NCBI GenBank assembly: GCA_003208875.1
Contig: QCUR01000001.1
Coordinates: 192,001 to 256,000 of the forward strand
From: Prochlorococcus sp. AG-679-M23
GTDB lineage: Bacteria; Cyanobacteriota; Cyanobacteriia; PCC-6307; Cyanobiaceae
DNA length: 64,000 nt
Direction: 5' to 3'
The notes under the pieces: generated by a model
What the model was told of the DNA's origin: nothing
Databases searched by the model: none
The model's input: the letters and a program-made list of their open reading frames with translations, nothing else
Shown here: positions 11,148 through 21,458 of the stretch, one piece after another
Layout: each line of letters opens with the position of its first letter
Numbering within the stretch: the stretch's first letter is position 1
Translations under genes and position numbers: made by a program

Positions 11148-12815
11148 TTATTGCTTCAGCTTTTCTATTCTTGAACCTTTTCTCATGCTTAATTGACACT
11201 TAATCCAATCAATACTTATTGGTGCTGCAAAAATTAAAGGTAAGACCGCAAAATTATTTTGGTTATTAGTTACTAGTAAAGCTGATGATATGGTTAAGCT
11301 TCCTATAAGAATAGAATGACCTAATGATTTTTGCGCAGTAAACATTTTCTTAAATTGCCTATCAGATTCGCCCATCCTTATTTGAAGTTGTAAATCACCC
11401 TGTTCTAATCTCTCTAAACTCTCATCAATTCTTTTTGGTATACCTACAGCCTTTGAACCTAACTCTCCTACTTGCCTACCAAATTGGTTAATTAAATCAT
11501 TAGGTGTTTGATTGTTAGAAGTCATTAAATCAATTAGATAAGGCTTAGTTATTGATACAAGGTTAAACCCTGGATCTAACATTCTACCAACACCTTCAAA
11601 AGTTGATAGTGCTCTCATTACAAATATTAAATCAACTGGAAGCTGAAAAGGAGTTTCATAAACAAGTTCGTATAAGTCCCCAGATAGTTTTTCAATGATA
11701 TTTGGGCTGAATGGTGGAGTTAAAGCTTCTTTCAGCATTAATCTAACTAATCTTCTAACTGGACCTACATCTATATCTTTAGAAATCAAGCCCGCTTGCT
11801 GGAGTTGAGTTACTAGTGATGATGCATCTCTTAATGCTGCAGATTGAACCATAGATCCTAAGCTTGCTTGTAGACTATTTGAAATATTGCCCATCATCCC
11901 AAAATCATAAAAGATTAATTTGCCTGAATTTGAAACGGCTAAGTTACCTGGATGAGGATCAGCATGAAAAAAACCATAATTTACCAGCTGTTTTAAATAG
12001 CTAACTGCACCTATTTCTGCAATCTTTGATAAGTCAATATTCTTAGATTTTAAATTTTCAACATCACTTATTTTTGTACCTTCTAAATAACTTAAACAAA
12101 GAACTTTTTCAGTGCTCAAGTTCCAAATTACCTCAGGAACTTCCACATTTTCATCATCAAGAAATTGTTGCCTAAATCTTGCGGCATATTGAGCTTCACA
12201 TTTGAAATCTAGTTCTTTCATAAGAACTTTTCTACACTCTTTTGCTATTGCAACCCAATTCCTTCCTCGACTCCAGTTCTTATTTTTTTGAATTATGAAA
12301 GCAATTTGTTGCATTATATTCAAATCGATTGTGAACAAATTCTTCAGATTAGGTCTTTGAACTTTAAATACAACTTCTTTCCCATCTTTTAAAGTTGCTT
12401 TATGAACCTGAGCTAAAGAAGCTGATCCAATTGGAGTAGAAGTAATTTGGTTGATTTCTGAGAACTTATGTCCTAATTCTTTTTGGATAATTTCTTCAAC
12501 TTTCGTATATGAGAACTGAGGAACTTGATCTTGTAACTTTGATAATTCTTGTATCCAAGTATTCGGAATTAAATCAGGCCTCGCAGATAATAGCTGACCA
12601 ATTTTGATAAAAGCAGAACCAAGTTCAATTAATTGATTAGTAAACCACTTAGCTCTTTTTATTTGAATTTTATTTTTTTTATCTCTATTAGTTCGAAAAA
12701 TTTTAAATATTAAATTGTCTAGCCATAAATTAACCAAAAGTGAAATAAGTATTCTCCAAATAAGAAATCCTCTTTTGATTTTCTTTATTCGATTTTTTAA
12801 TTTATGATTACTCAT
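11148..12815 (-). CDS. ABC1/AarF/UbiB-family atypical kinase
   Basis: FIKIGQLLSARPD, SASLAQVH, KVQRP, HADPHPGN, DFGM. Confidence 0.93.
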   Translation of the reverse strand: MSNHKLKNRIKKIKRGFLIWRILISLLVNLWLDNLIFKIFRTNRDKKNKIQIKRAKWFTNQLIELGSAFIKIGQLLSARPDLIPNTWIQELSKLQDQVPQFSYTKVEEIIQKELGHKFSEINQITSTPIGSASLAQVHKATLKDGKEVVFKVQRPNLKNLFTIDLNIMQQIAFIIQKNKNWSRGRNWVAIAKECRKVLMKELDFKCEAQYAARFRQQFLDDENVEVPEVIWNLSTEKVLCLSYLEGTKISDVENLKSKNIDLSKIAEIGAVSYLKQLVNYGFFHADPHPGNLAVSNSGKLIFYDFGMMGNISNSLQASLGSMVQSAALRDASSLVTQLQQAGLISKDIDVGPVRRLVRLMLKEALTPPFSPNIIEKLSGDLYELVYETPFQLPVDLIFVMRALSTFEGVGRMLDPGFNLVSITKPYLIDLMTSNNQTPNDLINQFGRQVGELGSKAVGIPKRIDESLERLEQGDLQLQIRMGESDRQFKKMFTAQKSLGHSILIGSLTISSALLVTNNQNNFAVLPLIFAAPISIDWIKCQLSMRKGSRIEKLKQ

Positions 12816-13132
12816 TGAATTGTATTATTCATTTTTCTATTAAAGTGATCAATTTTTACTTTAATATCTTCTATTTCTTTTAGAACTGCACTTAAGTGCG
12901 GATCTTCATTAGATTCTGAAGTATCAGAATTTCTACTCTTACTTACTTCATTTTCCATTCTTGCAGCTTCTTCAATAATTGCATCTTTTAGCGTGTCAAA
13001 TTCTTTTTTAATTTTTTCTGGTGCATCTTGAGCAATATTTGAAGCTTCTTCGATTTTTTCTACGACTATTTTGTTTAATTTTTCAGTTACCTTTTTAATA
13101 GCTGCTTTTAAAAGATAATCAGAATTCGTCAT
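12812..13132 (-). CDS. Hypothetical coiled-coil protein, translationally coupled to the ABC1 kinase
   Basis: 106-aa charged helical ORF with a 4-bp ATGA overlap with the kinase. Confidence 0.8.
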   Translation of the reverse strand: MTNSDYLLKAAIKKVTEKLNKIVVEKIEEASNIAQDAPEKIKKEFDTLKDAIIEEAARMENEVSKSRNSDTSESNEDPHLSAVLKEIEDIKVKIDHFNRKMNNTIQ

Positions 13133-13387
13133 AAATAATATTTAAAGCCTTAAAGCAATTCACAACTTTAATTTATTTAATCATAGATCAATTGAGAACA
13201 AATCTGTTAATTGATTTCCTTTTTAATTTATCTATTCTTATTTTTCCTATGTAAGTTTGTATCTATATTATGCTTTTTTCTTTTTTATCTCCTAACTTAT
13301 ATTTATGTAAAAAGGTTAGAAATTTTAATAGTATATTTTTCTACCCAAAAACTCATCTAATTATTGATTACAAGGAGTTTTATTAAA

Positions 13388-14344
13388 TTGGAAATTATTG
13401 AGACAGATGTTGCTATTATTGGAGGTGGTCCAGCTGGATGTACCTGTGCATTATATACATCTCGTTCTAACTTAAACACTGTCATAATAGATAAAAATCC
13501 ATCAGTTGGAGCTTTAGCAATAACTCACCAAATTGCAAATTATCCAGGAGTTCCTGTAGATATCAGTGGCGAAAAATTGCTTACATTAATGAGAGAACAA
13601 GCTGTTCAATATGGAACTGACTATAGAAGAGCTCAAGTTTTTGGTATTGATGTGGCAGAAGATTGGAAGACTGTTTATACACCAGAAGGAACTTTTAAAG
13701 CTAAAGCACTTGTACTTGCAAGTGGAGCTATGGGAAGACCTGCTTCTTTTAAAGGAGAAGCGGATTTCTTAGGAAAGGGTGTAAGTTATTGTGCTACATG
13801 TGATGGTGCTTTTTATAAAAATAGAGAAGTTGCAGTTGTTGGTGCTAATAAAGAAGCAATTGAGGAAGCTACTGTTCTTACTAAATTTGCTTCAACGGTA
13901 CATTGGATTACATCCAGTGATCCAAAATCAGATAATGAGGAAGCTATGGAATTAATGGATAGCTCTAATATTAAACACTGGAGTAGAACGAGATTATTAG
14001 AAATAAAAGGGAATGATATGGGAGTTAATGGGGTTGTTGTTAAGAATAAACAAGAAGAAGGGCCTATTAATCTTGATTTAGATGGAGTCTTTGTATACAT
14101 GAGTGGTTCGAAGCCAATCACTGATTTTTTAGGAGATCAAATTGCTTTAAAGGAAGATGGAGGAGTCATTGTTGATGATTTTATGTCTACCAATTCTGAT
14201 GGTGTCTGGGCTATTGGTGATATAAGAAATACACCTTTTAAGCAGGCGGTTGTCGCAGCATCAGATGGATGCATAGCAGCCATGTCTATTGACCGCTACC
14301 TAAATAGTAGAAAAAATATAAGAGTAGATTGGATACACTCTTAA
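13388..14344 (+). CDS. trxB: Flavin thioredoxin reductase (TrxB fold; NADPH-independent DTR/FFTR-like)
   Basis: GGGPAG FAD motif, GVSYCATCDG redox motif, GD..; TTG start at 13388 chosen because AGGAG lies at 13373-13377. Confidence 0.85.
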   Translation: MEIIETDVAIIGGGPAGCTCALYTSRSNLNTVIIDKNPSVGALAITHQIANYPGVPVDISGEKLLTLMREQAVQYGTDYRRAQVFGIDVAEDWKTVYTPEGTFKAKALVLASGAMGRPASFKGEADFLGKGVSYCATCDGAFYKNREVAVVGANKEAIEEATVLTKFASTVHWITSSDPKSDNEEAMELMDSSNIKHWSRTRLLEIKGNDMGVNGVVVKNKQEEGPINLDLDGVFVYMSGSKPITDFLGDQIALKEDGGVIVDDFMSTNSDGVWAIGDIRNTPFKQAVVAASDGCIAAMSIDRYLNSRKNIRVDWIHS

Positions 14345-14366
14345 AGAGTTTATAAAATAATTAATT

Positions 14367-14648
14367 TCATAAAGGCGTCGCTTCTGAGATATAAGCTACT
14401 CCACCGTAATAACTTAGATCAGACTTAATATTGTCACGCATTTGATCAATTAATTCTTGCTCACAGAAAACTATTACATGAGCATTTGAGCCTAACCCAG
14501 TAAATTCCATATCTTCAGTAACAACTCTTTCTGGACCTCTCCCAGTTGCATGTTTCATTACTGTATATCCTGGGACATTAGCTTTCTCTAATGTATTGAT
14601 AATTGCATCAAGCTCTCTTTCACTAAAAATTAAATCTAATCTTTTCAT
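14367..14648 (-). CDS. sbtB: SbtB, PII-like regulator of SbtA
   Basis: PII-like fold (GYTV, TGRG T-loop); directly downstream of sbtA. Confidence 0.88.
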   Translation of the reverse strand: MKRLDLIFSERELDAIINTLEKANVPGYTVMKHATGRGPERVVTEDMEFTGLGSNAHVIVFCEQELIDQMRDNIKSDLSYYGGVAYISEATPL

Positions 14649-14651
14649 TTT

Positions 14652-15650
14652 TTACAATGGGGCAAGTGGGATGATTTTATTTACTAAACTCATATAGATT
14701 GGGATGCCTAGAACTATATTGAACGGAAAAGTTAAACCTAATGTCGTAGATATATAGTAACTTGATCGTGCTTCTGGGACAGTCATCCTCATTGCTGCCG
14801 GTACAGCTAAATAGGAGGCACTTGCACATAAAACCACAAATAAAAGTGCATTTCCAGGTCCTAGAGATAAAAATCTTGCAACGAAAACACCTATAAAAGC
14901 ATTAAATAATGGCATGAAGATTGCAAATCCAATTAAATATGAACCCGCATTCTTCAACCTTGGTAATCTTTGAGCTGCAACTATTCCCATGTCTAATAGG
15001 AAAAAACATTCTGCTCCATAAAAAAGTTGTCCAGTAAAAGGTTCCATTTTTGAAATGGCTGATGGATTACTGAAAGCCGTAAGAAAACCAACAATTAAAC
15101 TTGATAGTAATAAATAAACTGATCCATTTAAAAGAGATTCATGCAATATGGAGCTAAGATGCATTTTTCTTGAATTGGGTCTGTTTTTAGGAGCCGCAAA
15201 TTTTACTAGTAATAAGCCTACAATTATTGCTGGAGACTCCATTAAAGCTAAAGCCCCAACCATGAATCCATCGAAGTCTATACTTTGACTCTCTAAGAAA
15301 CTTTCTGCTGAGATAAAAGTTACAGCACTGATAGATCCATATGCAGCTGCGATAGCTGCTGAGTTAAAAACATCAAACTTGTATCTTAAGATGAAGAATC
15401 CAATCAGTGGAATTATTAACGACATCATTATCGCTGCACCTAATGTTGGTAAAACCTGATCAGTAAAACCACTTTTCTGTATTTCAATTCCTCCTTTAAA
15501 ACCAATTGCTAAAAGTAAGTATAAAGAAAAAAGTTTAGGTAAAGGAGCAGGTATTTCTAGGTCAGATTTAAAAAATATAGAAATTGCTCCAATTAAGAAA
15601 AATAGTACAGGAGGAGCTAATACATTTTGTAATATGGGATTTATTTCCAT
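14652..15650 (-). CDS. sbtA: Na+-dependent bicarbonate transporter, SbtA family
   Basis: YLLLAIGFKGG, YGSISAVTF, FFLLDMG, SASYLAVPAAMR, TFPFNI. Confidence 0.92.
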   Translation of the reverse strand: MEINPILQNVLAPPVLFFLIGAISIFFKSDLEIPAPLPKLFSLYLLLAIGFKGGIEIQKSGFTDQVLPTLGAAIMMSLIIPLIGFFILRYKFDVFNSAAIAAAYGSISAVTFISAESFLESQSIDFDGFMVGALALMESPAIIVGLLLVKFAAPKNRPNSRKMHLSSILHESLLNGSVYLLLSSLIVGFLTAFSNPSAISKMEPFTGQLFYGAECFFLLDMGIVAAQRLPRLKNAGSYLIGFAIFMPLFNAFIGVFVARFLSLGPGNALLFVVLCASASYLAVPAAMRMTVPEARSSYYISTTLGLTFPFNIVLGIPIYMSLVNKIIPLAPL

Positions 15651-15656
15651 AAATTA

Positions 15657-17312
15657 TTAGGCTAATTCATTTAAAGCAGCTTCTAAAGCTTCTTTCCTTG
15701 TCTCAATTATTCCATCAACCCCAAATTTGGATAATCTTTCTTTAACTTTTTCATTAGCTCCTGCTACAAATGCTTTTCTAGAATTATTTTTAGCTTCTTG
15801 CATCATATCTTCAATTGCAAGTGTAGCTGTCACTCCAACTCTAGGGACATCAGTGATATCTAAGATTAAAATTTTATAGTTTCTTACTAACATCATTCTC
15901 TCAGTAATACCTTTTGCTGCACCAAAACTTAGTGGGCCTTTTAGTCTAAATAACATTACCTCTCCAGAACATCTATCAAGAAGAGCTTTTTCATCAGAGG
16001 GTAAAAGATTTTTACTTTGCTCATTATCTTTAGATAAAGGATTATCCTGATCCATTCCTTCTAATTGCGTTTCAGTAATTGAATCAATAGTTAGCATATT
16101 TGCAATAAATACTCCAACTAATACTGCCCATATTAAATCCCAAAAAACTGTCATTAGTAATACACCATACATAACAACTGCAGTTTTAAGAGATAATTTG
16201 TGAGCTCTTCTCAAGAATCCCCAGTCAATAATATCCAAACCTACTTTGATAAGAATCCCTGCTAAAAGAGCTGTAGGTATTTGCTCTGCTAATGGTCCAG
16301 CACCTACTAAAACTATTAATAGAACTACTGAATGAACCATTCCTGAAATAGGAGTAGAGCCACCAGATTTAACATTTATAACAGTTCTCATTGTAGCCCC
16401 AGCTCCAGGTAAACCTGAAAATAGTCCAGCTATAGCATTTCCTATTCCCTGGCCAATTAATTCTCTATCAGAATTATGTCTTGTTTGAGAAATATTATCT
16501 GCAACTAGAGAGGTGAGTAAAGAGTCAATAGCTCCAAGAACTGCCAGAACCAAGCCAGCTTTGAAAATGATAGGAAAGTATTGATTAAAGCTTGGAAAGC
16601 TTAGAGATGGCACTCCTCTAGGGATTTCACCAATTCTGTCTAATGCACCATCGCCAAAAATTAATATTGATAGTGGTGTGACTATTAATAAGGCTAGAAG
16701 AGGGGAGGGTACCCATTGGCTAATTTTTCTAGGTGTTAGAAATACTATGCCTAGTGTCATTATTGCTACACCAATAGCAGCTCCATTCGGTTGGAAATTA
16801 GAAAAAACAGTTGATAAAGACTCGACTACGCCTCCTCGGGTACTTATTCCTAATAGTGGACCAATCTGAAGAGCAATTATTATCACTCCTATGCCAGACA
16901 TAAATCCGGAGACCACAGAATATGGAACAAGAGTTATATATTTACCAAGCTTTAAAATTCCAAACAATATTTGTAATAATCCTCCAATTACTACTGCAGC
17001 CATTACTAAAGGTAAAATTTGACCTGCTGAAAGATCTCTAGGTACACCAACAGCTGCTAAACCTGCTACAACTCCTGCCACTGTTACGCTCATTGGACCA
17101 GTTGGACCACTAACTTGAGCGGGGGTACCCCCAAATAAAGCAGCTAAAAAGCCAACAACAACTGCTCCATATAAACCGTAAATTGCACCCCCAGGTCCTA
17201 AGGCTGCGTTTCCAAACGCAAGTGCAAGAGGTAAAGCTACTACTGCAGCTGTTATTCCTCCTAAAATATCACCCCTTATATTCTTAAGATTAAATCCATT
17301 AATTATTTCCAA
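15657..17312 (-). CDS. bicA: SulP/SLC26 anion transporter with STAS domain (BicA-like)
   Basis: GGITAAVVALPLALAFG, QVSGPTGPM, ELIGQGIGN, GATMRT, STAS GPLSFG; AAGGAG upstream of the TTG start. Confidence 0.85.
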   Translation of the reverse strand: MEIINGFNLKNIRGDILGGITAAVVALPLALAFGNAALGPGGAIYGLYGAVVVGFLAALFGGTPAQVSGPTGPMSVTVAGVVAGLAAVGVPRDLSAGQILPLVMAAVVIGGLLQILFGILKLGKYITLVPYSVVSGFMSGIGVIIIALQIGPLLGISTRGGVVESLSTVFSNFQPNGAAIGVAIMTLGIVFLTPRKISQWVPSPLLALLIVTPLSILIFGDGALDRIGEIPRGVPSLSFPSFNQYFPIIFKAGLVLAVLGAIDSLLTSLVADNISQTRHNSDRELIGQGIGNAIAGLFSGLPGAGATMRTVINVKSGGSTPISGMVHSVVLLIVLVGAGPLAEQIPTALLAGILIKVGLDIIDWGFLRRAHKLSLKTAVVMYGVLLMTVFWDLIWAVLVGVFIANMLTIDSITETQLEGMDQDNPLSKDNEQSKNLLPSDEKALLDRCSGEVMLFRLKGPLSFGAAKGITERMMLVRNYKILILDITDVPRVGVTATLAIEDMMQEAKNNSRKAFVAGANEKVKERLSKFGVDGIIETRKEALEAALNELA

Positions 17313-17539
17313 AGAAAATCTCCTTAAATAAATACATTAACTAAAAGATATTATCTCTTTATGTCCAAAATTTGTTAAAAAATTAAATTTGTGAAAAATA
17401 TATCAACAACTTTTAAAAAATTTTTTTAAGTTCATTAGGTTAATTTTCCTGAACAAAAAAGGATTTTGGTTATTTTTTATGGAAGTCAAGAGACTATCGT
17501 ATTAGTTAAATAATTACTTTATAACTTCAAAATATTCAA

Positions 17540-18541
17540 ATGAATTTGATCATTCGCCCAAGAAGATTAAGAAGGACAGACGCAATAAGAGAGATGGTAA
17601 GAGAAAATCATCTGCATCCTGAAGATTTTATATATCCATTGTTTATTCATGAAAAGGATTTCCAAGAAGAAATATCTGCAATGCCTGGTATTTATAGATG
17701 GGACATGAATGGATTAATTAAAGAAGTTTCTAGAGCCTGGGAATTAGGTATTAGATGTATTGTACTTTTTCCAAAAATTGACGATAGTTTAAAAACAGAA
17801 GATGGATCAGAATGTTTTAATGAAGCCGGTTTAATACCAAAGGCTATTCGAATGTTAAAAAAAGAGATACCTGAGATGGCAATTATGACTGATGTTGCCT
17901 TAGATCCCTATTCATGTGATGGACATGATGGCTTGGTTGATGACAATGGAAAAATATTGAATGATGAAACCATTGAGATTCTTAAAAAACAGGCTATTAC
18001 CCAAGCAAGAGCGGGGGCAGATTTTATTGGTCCAAGTGACATGATGGATGGGAGAGTTGGAGCTATAAGAACTGCTTTGGATATTGAGGGATTTAGCGAT
18101 GTGGGAATTATTAGCTATACCGCAAAATTTTCATCTGCTTATTATGGACCTTTTAGAACAGCTTTAGATTCTGCCCCGAAAGAGAACAATAGGAAAATAA
18201 TTCCAAATAATAAATCAACATATCAAATGGATCCTGCTAACTCGAAGGAGGCTTTAATTGAATCGGCATTAGATCAATATGAGGGGGCAGATATTTTGAT
18301 GGTAAAACCTGGTGTCTCTTATCTAGACATAGTTTATCGGCTGAGTACTTTTTCGAATAAACCAATAGCTGCTTATAACGTGAGTGGAGAATATTCAATG
18401 GTAAAGGCTGCTGCTATGAAAAATTGGATTAATGAAAAGGATATTGTTTTAGAAACATTGCTTAGTTTCAAAAGAGCAGGGGCAAAATTAATACTCACCT
18501 ATCATGCTTGTGATGCATCAAAATGGTTGAATGAGAAATAA
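17540..18541 (+). CDS. hemB: Delta-aminolevulinic acid dehydratase
   Basis: RPRRLR, DVALDPYSCDGHDG, SDMMDGR, MVKP, AYNVSGEY. Confidence 0.98.
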   Translation: MNLIIRPRRLRRTDAIREMVRENHLHPEDFIYPLFIHEKDFQEEISAMPGIYRWDMNGLIKEVSRAWELGIRCIVLFPKIDDSLKTEDGSECFNEAGLIPKAIRMLKKEIPEMAIMTDVALDPYSCDGHDGLVDDNGKILNDETIEILKKQAITQARAGADFIGPSDMMDGRVGAIRTALDIEGFSDVGIISYTAKFSSAYYGPFRTALDSAPKENNRKIIPNNKSTYQMDPANSKEALIESALDQYEGADILMVKPGVSYLDIVYRLSTFSNKPIAAYNVSGEYSMVKAAAMKNWINEKDIVLETLLSFKRAGAKLILTYHACDASKWLNEK

Positions 18542-18596
18542 AAACTCATTAAAATTAAAAAATTTGTTTATTCTTAAATAAATATTATTCATTATT

Positions 18597-18992
18597 TTGC
18601 TTTTAAAAGGTTCAAAAGGTGTCCAAAGAATCGGACATATTGCACTTAGGGTAGAAAATCTCGATAGAGCTAAGTCTTTTTATATGGACTTAGGTATGAA
18701 ATTAATTTGGGATGATAAAGATTGGTGCTATCTAGAGGCTGCTGGTAAAGGAAAAGATGGACTTGCTTTATTGGGGTCTAGTTATAAAGCAGCTGGTCCA
18801 CATTTTGCTTTTCATTTTGAAGAAAAAAAGGAAGTGGAAAATATTTATTCAGATTTAAAAAAATCTGGAGTGAAAGTTGCACCTATTCATGAACATCGAG
18901 ATGGAACAGCATCTTTTTATATGCAAGATACCGAAGGAAATTGGCTTGAGATGCTTTATGTTCCTGCAGGTGGGATTAAATCAAATATTTGA
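18597..18992 (+). CDS. VOC/glyoxalase family protein
   Basis: IGHIALRV, HFAF, FYMQDTEGNWLE. Confidence 0.85.
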   Translation: MLLKGSKGVQRIGHIALRVENLDRAKSFYMDLGMKLIWDDKDWCYLEAAGKGKDGLALLGSSYKAAGPHFAFHFEEKKEVENIYSDLKKSGVKVAPIHEHRDGTASFYMQDTEGNWLEMLYVPAGGIKSNI

Positions 18993-19005
18993 TTCTTTCA
19001 ATTGA

Positions 19006-21417
19006 ATGATAGAGAAAAGTTATTATAAAAATTCATCCGCTCATAGATCACTTTCAGAAGAATCTATAAAACTTTTAGAGTGGGACAATTTAAAAATTCA
19101 GCTCTCCTCTTTTGCCTCTACAAAAATGGGAGAAAATGCGATATTAGAGTTTGACATTCCTACTGATTATGAAATTTCCAGAAGATTATTGCAAGAAACT
19201 ATCGAAATAAATGAGTTAGAAAAGAACCTAGATAAATCGATTAGTTTTTCAGGTGTATTTGACATAAGTAAAAATATTGAGATTTGTTCAAAAGGAGGAG
19301 TTATTAGTTCTTCTGAATTATTAGAAATAGCTGAAACAATATCTGCGGCAAAAGATTTAAAAAAAATACTTTTAGATTTTGAGCAAAGACCTTTTATCTC
19401 TTCTTTTTTAAGTCGTTTAATTGATCATAATCAGATTGAGAAAATTTTAAAAATTGGTATTGAATCAAATGGTAGAATTTCTGATCGAGCAAGTCAGAAA
19501 TTAGCAAAACTTAGGCAAGAATTATTATCTAAGAAATCAGAAAGAAGGATATTAGTAGATAAATTTATTCAAAAAAATACTAATTATATTCAAGATAATA
19601 TTATTGGTGATAGATATGGAAGACCTGTTTTAGCTATTAAAGTACAATTTGCTGAGAAATTTAAAGGTATAATTCATGATTCCTCTGCATCAGGGAATAC
19701 CATATATTTGGAGCCAGAATCTATAGTATTTAAGGGTAATAAAATTGCTTCTATGGAAGCGAGAGTAGCAGGAGAAGAATTTAAATTATTAAAAGAATGG
19801 TCGCAAATTATTCGTGATAATAATAAAAGCCTTATTGATATGTCAGAGATTCTATTGAAAACTGAGCATGCTCTAACACGTTCAAGATATTCAAATTGGA
19901 TTGGAGGTTGTGCTCCGATTATTGAAAATAGTCCAATAGTTAATTTAATAGGTTTTTCGCACCCTCTTTTGATTTGGGAAAATAAAAAAAAAGAAGCTCC
20001 CAAACCAGTATCTATAGATTTTCATATAAATAGAAATACTAAAGTAGTAGCTATAACGGGGCCGAATACTGGAGGTAAAACTGTCGCTCTAAAAGGTCTT
20101 GGGATAGCATTATTGATGGCTAGATCAGGATTATTTATTCCATCAATAAAAAATCCAATAATCCCTTTTTGTCCAAATATATTTGTGGATATTGGTGATG
20201 ATCAATCATTAGAGGGGAATTTATCTACTTTCAGTGGCCATATTTTGCGTATTAGAAATATTCTAGAATCTCTTAATAATAAAAAAGGTTTATCAGTTGT
20301 TTTATTAGATGAAATAGGATCTGGGACAGATCCTTCTGAAGGTACTGCTCTTGCAATTGCGTTACTGAAAGCATTCGCAACCTTATCTGATATAACTCTA
20401 GCTACAACTCATTATGGTGATATAAAAGCTTTGAAATATAGTGATAATAGATTCGAAAATGTTTCAGTTGCTTTTGACGAAGAATCTCTCAAGCCAAAGT
20501 ACACCCTAAATTGGGGAATACCTGGAAGAAGCAATGCCTTATCAATTTCAAGGAGAATTGGGATTGATGAAAAAATACTTAATGAAGCTGCTAATTATTT
20601 AAAACCGAAAGAAGTTGAAAATATAAATAATATTATTAAAGGGCTGGAAGATGAGAGGATAAAGCAACAAAATTCGGCAGAAGAGGCTGCTGAACTTATA
20701 GCTAGAACAGAAATATTACATGATGAAATAAAGAATAATTATGAATTTCAAAAAATTAATGCTGAAAAAATTCAAGAAAGTGAAAGACAAAAATTATCAA
20801 AACATATTAGAGCAGCTAAAAAAGAGGTTATTAGTCTGATTAAGAAATTAAAAGACCAAAATGCAAATGGAGAAGACTCTAGATTAATTGGAATTAGGCT
20901 TAAAGAGATTGAGACGGAACATTTAACTCAAACAAATATCAATAAAGAAATTTCTTGGAGTCCTAAAATAGGAGATTTTATAAAAATTAAAAGTTTAAAT
21001 AGTACTGGTCAAATAGTAGATATAGATCAAAAAGCGAGATCTTTCGAGGTTATATGCGGATCATTTAGAAGTACATTATTAATTAATGAATTTGAAGGTC
21101 TTAATGGGGAAAAACCCAATTTCAACAACTCTAAAATTCAAATAAATTCTGTAAGAGAAGATTTTTCTTTTTCTAAAATTAGAACAAGTAAAAATACCAT
21201 AGACGTTAGAGGTATGAGAGTTCATGAAGCAGAAATAATAATTGAGGAAAAAATTAGAAAGTTTCATGGCCCGCTTTGGATAGTTCATGGAATTGGCACT
21301 GGAAAATTAAAAAAAGGTCTACGTATTTGGTTATCTGGTTTGCATTATGTTGATAAAGTTGAAGATGCAGCAATCAATGAAGGAGGTAGTGGTTGCAGTA
21401 TTGCGTGGATAAAATAA
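19006..21417 (+). CDS. mutS2: MutS2 endonuclease (Smr domain)
   Basis: ITGPNTGGKT, LSTFSGH, LLDEIGSGTDP, TTHY, C-terminal Smr motifs IDVRG and VHGIGTG. Confidence 0.96.
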   Translation: MIEKSYYKNSSAHRSLSEESIKLLEWDNLKIQLSSFASTKMGENAILEFDIPTDYEISRRLLQETIEINELEKNLDKSISFSGVFDISKNIEICSKGGVISSSELLEIAETISAAKDLKKILLDFEQRPFISSFLSRLIDHNQIEKILKIGIESNGRISDRASQKLAKLRQELLSKKSERRILVDKFIQKNTNYIQDNIIGDRYGRPVLAIKVQFAEKFKGIIHDSSASGNTIYLEPESIVFKGNKIASMEARVAGEEFKLLKEWSQIIRDNNKSLIDMSEILLKTEHALTRSRYSNWIGGCAPIIENSPIVNLIGFSHPLLIWENKKKEAPKPVSIDFHINRNTKVVAITGPNTGGKTVALKGLGIALLMARSGLFIPSIKNPIIPFCPNIFVDIGDDQSLEGNLSTFSGHILRIRNILESLNNKKGLSVVLLDEIGSGTDPSEGTALAIALLKAFATLSDITLATTHYGDIKALKYSDNRFENVSVAFDEESLKPKYTLNWGIPGRSNALSISRRIGIDEKILNEAANYLKPKEVENINNIIKGLEDERIKQQNSAEEAAELIARTEILHDEIKNNYEFQKINAEKIQESERQKLSKHIRAAKKEVISLIKKLKDQNANGEDSRLIGIRLKEIETEHLTQTNINKEISWSPKIGDFIKIKSLNSTGQIVDIDQKARSFEVICGSFRSTLLINEFEGLNGEKPNFNNSKIQINSVREDFSFSKIRTSKNTIDVRGMRVHEAEIIIEEKIRKFHGPLWIVHGIGTGKLKKGLRIWLSGLHYVDKVEDAAINEGGSGCSIAWIK

Positions 21418-21458
21418 ACTTTGTAAGTATTTATAAAAAATCATTAAAAAATTTTTAA

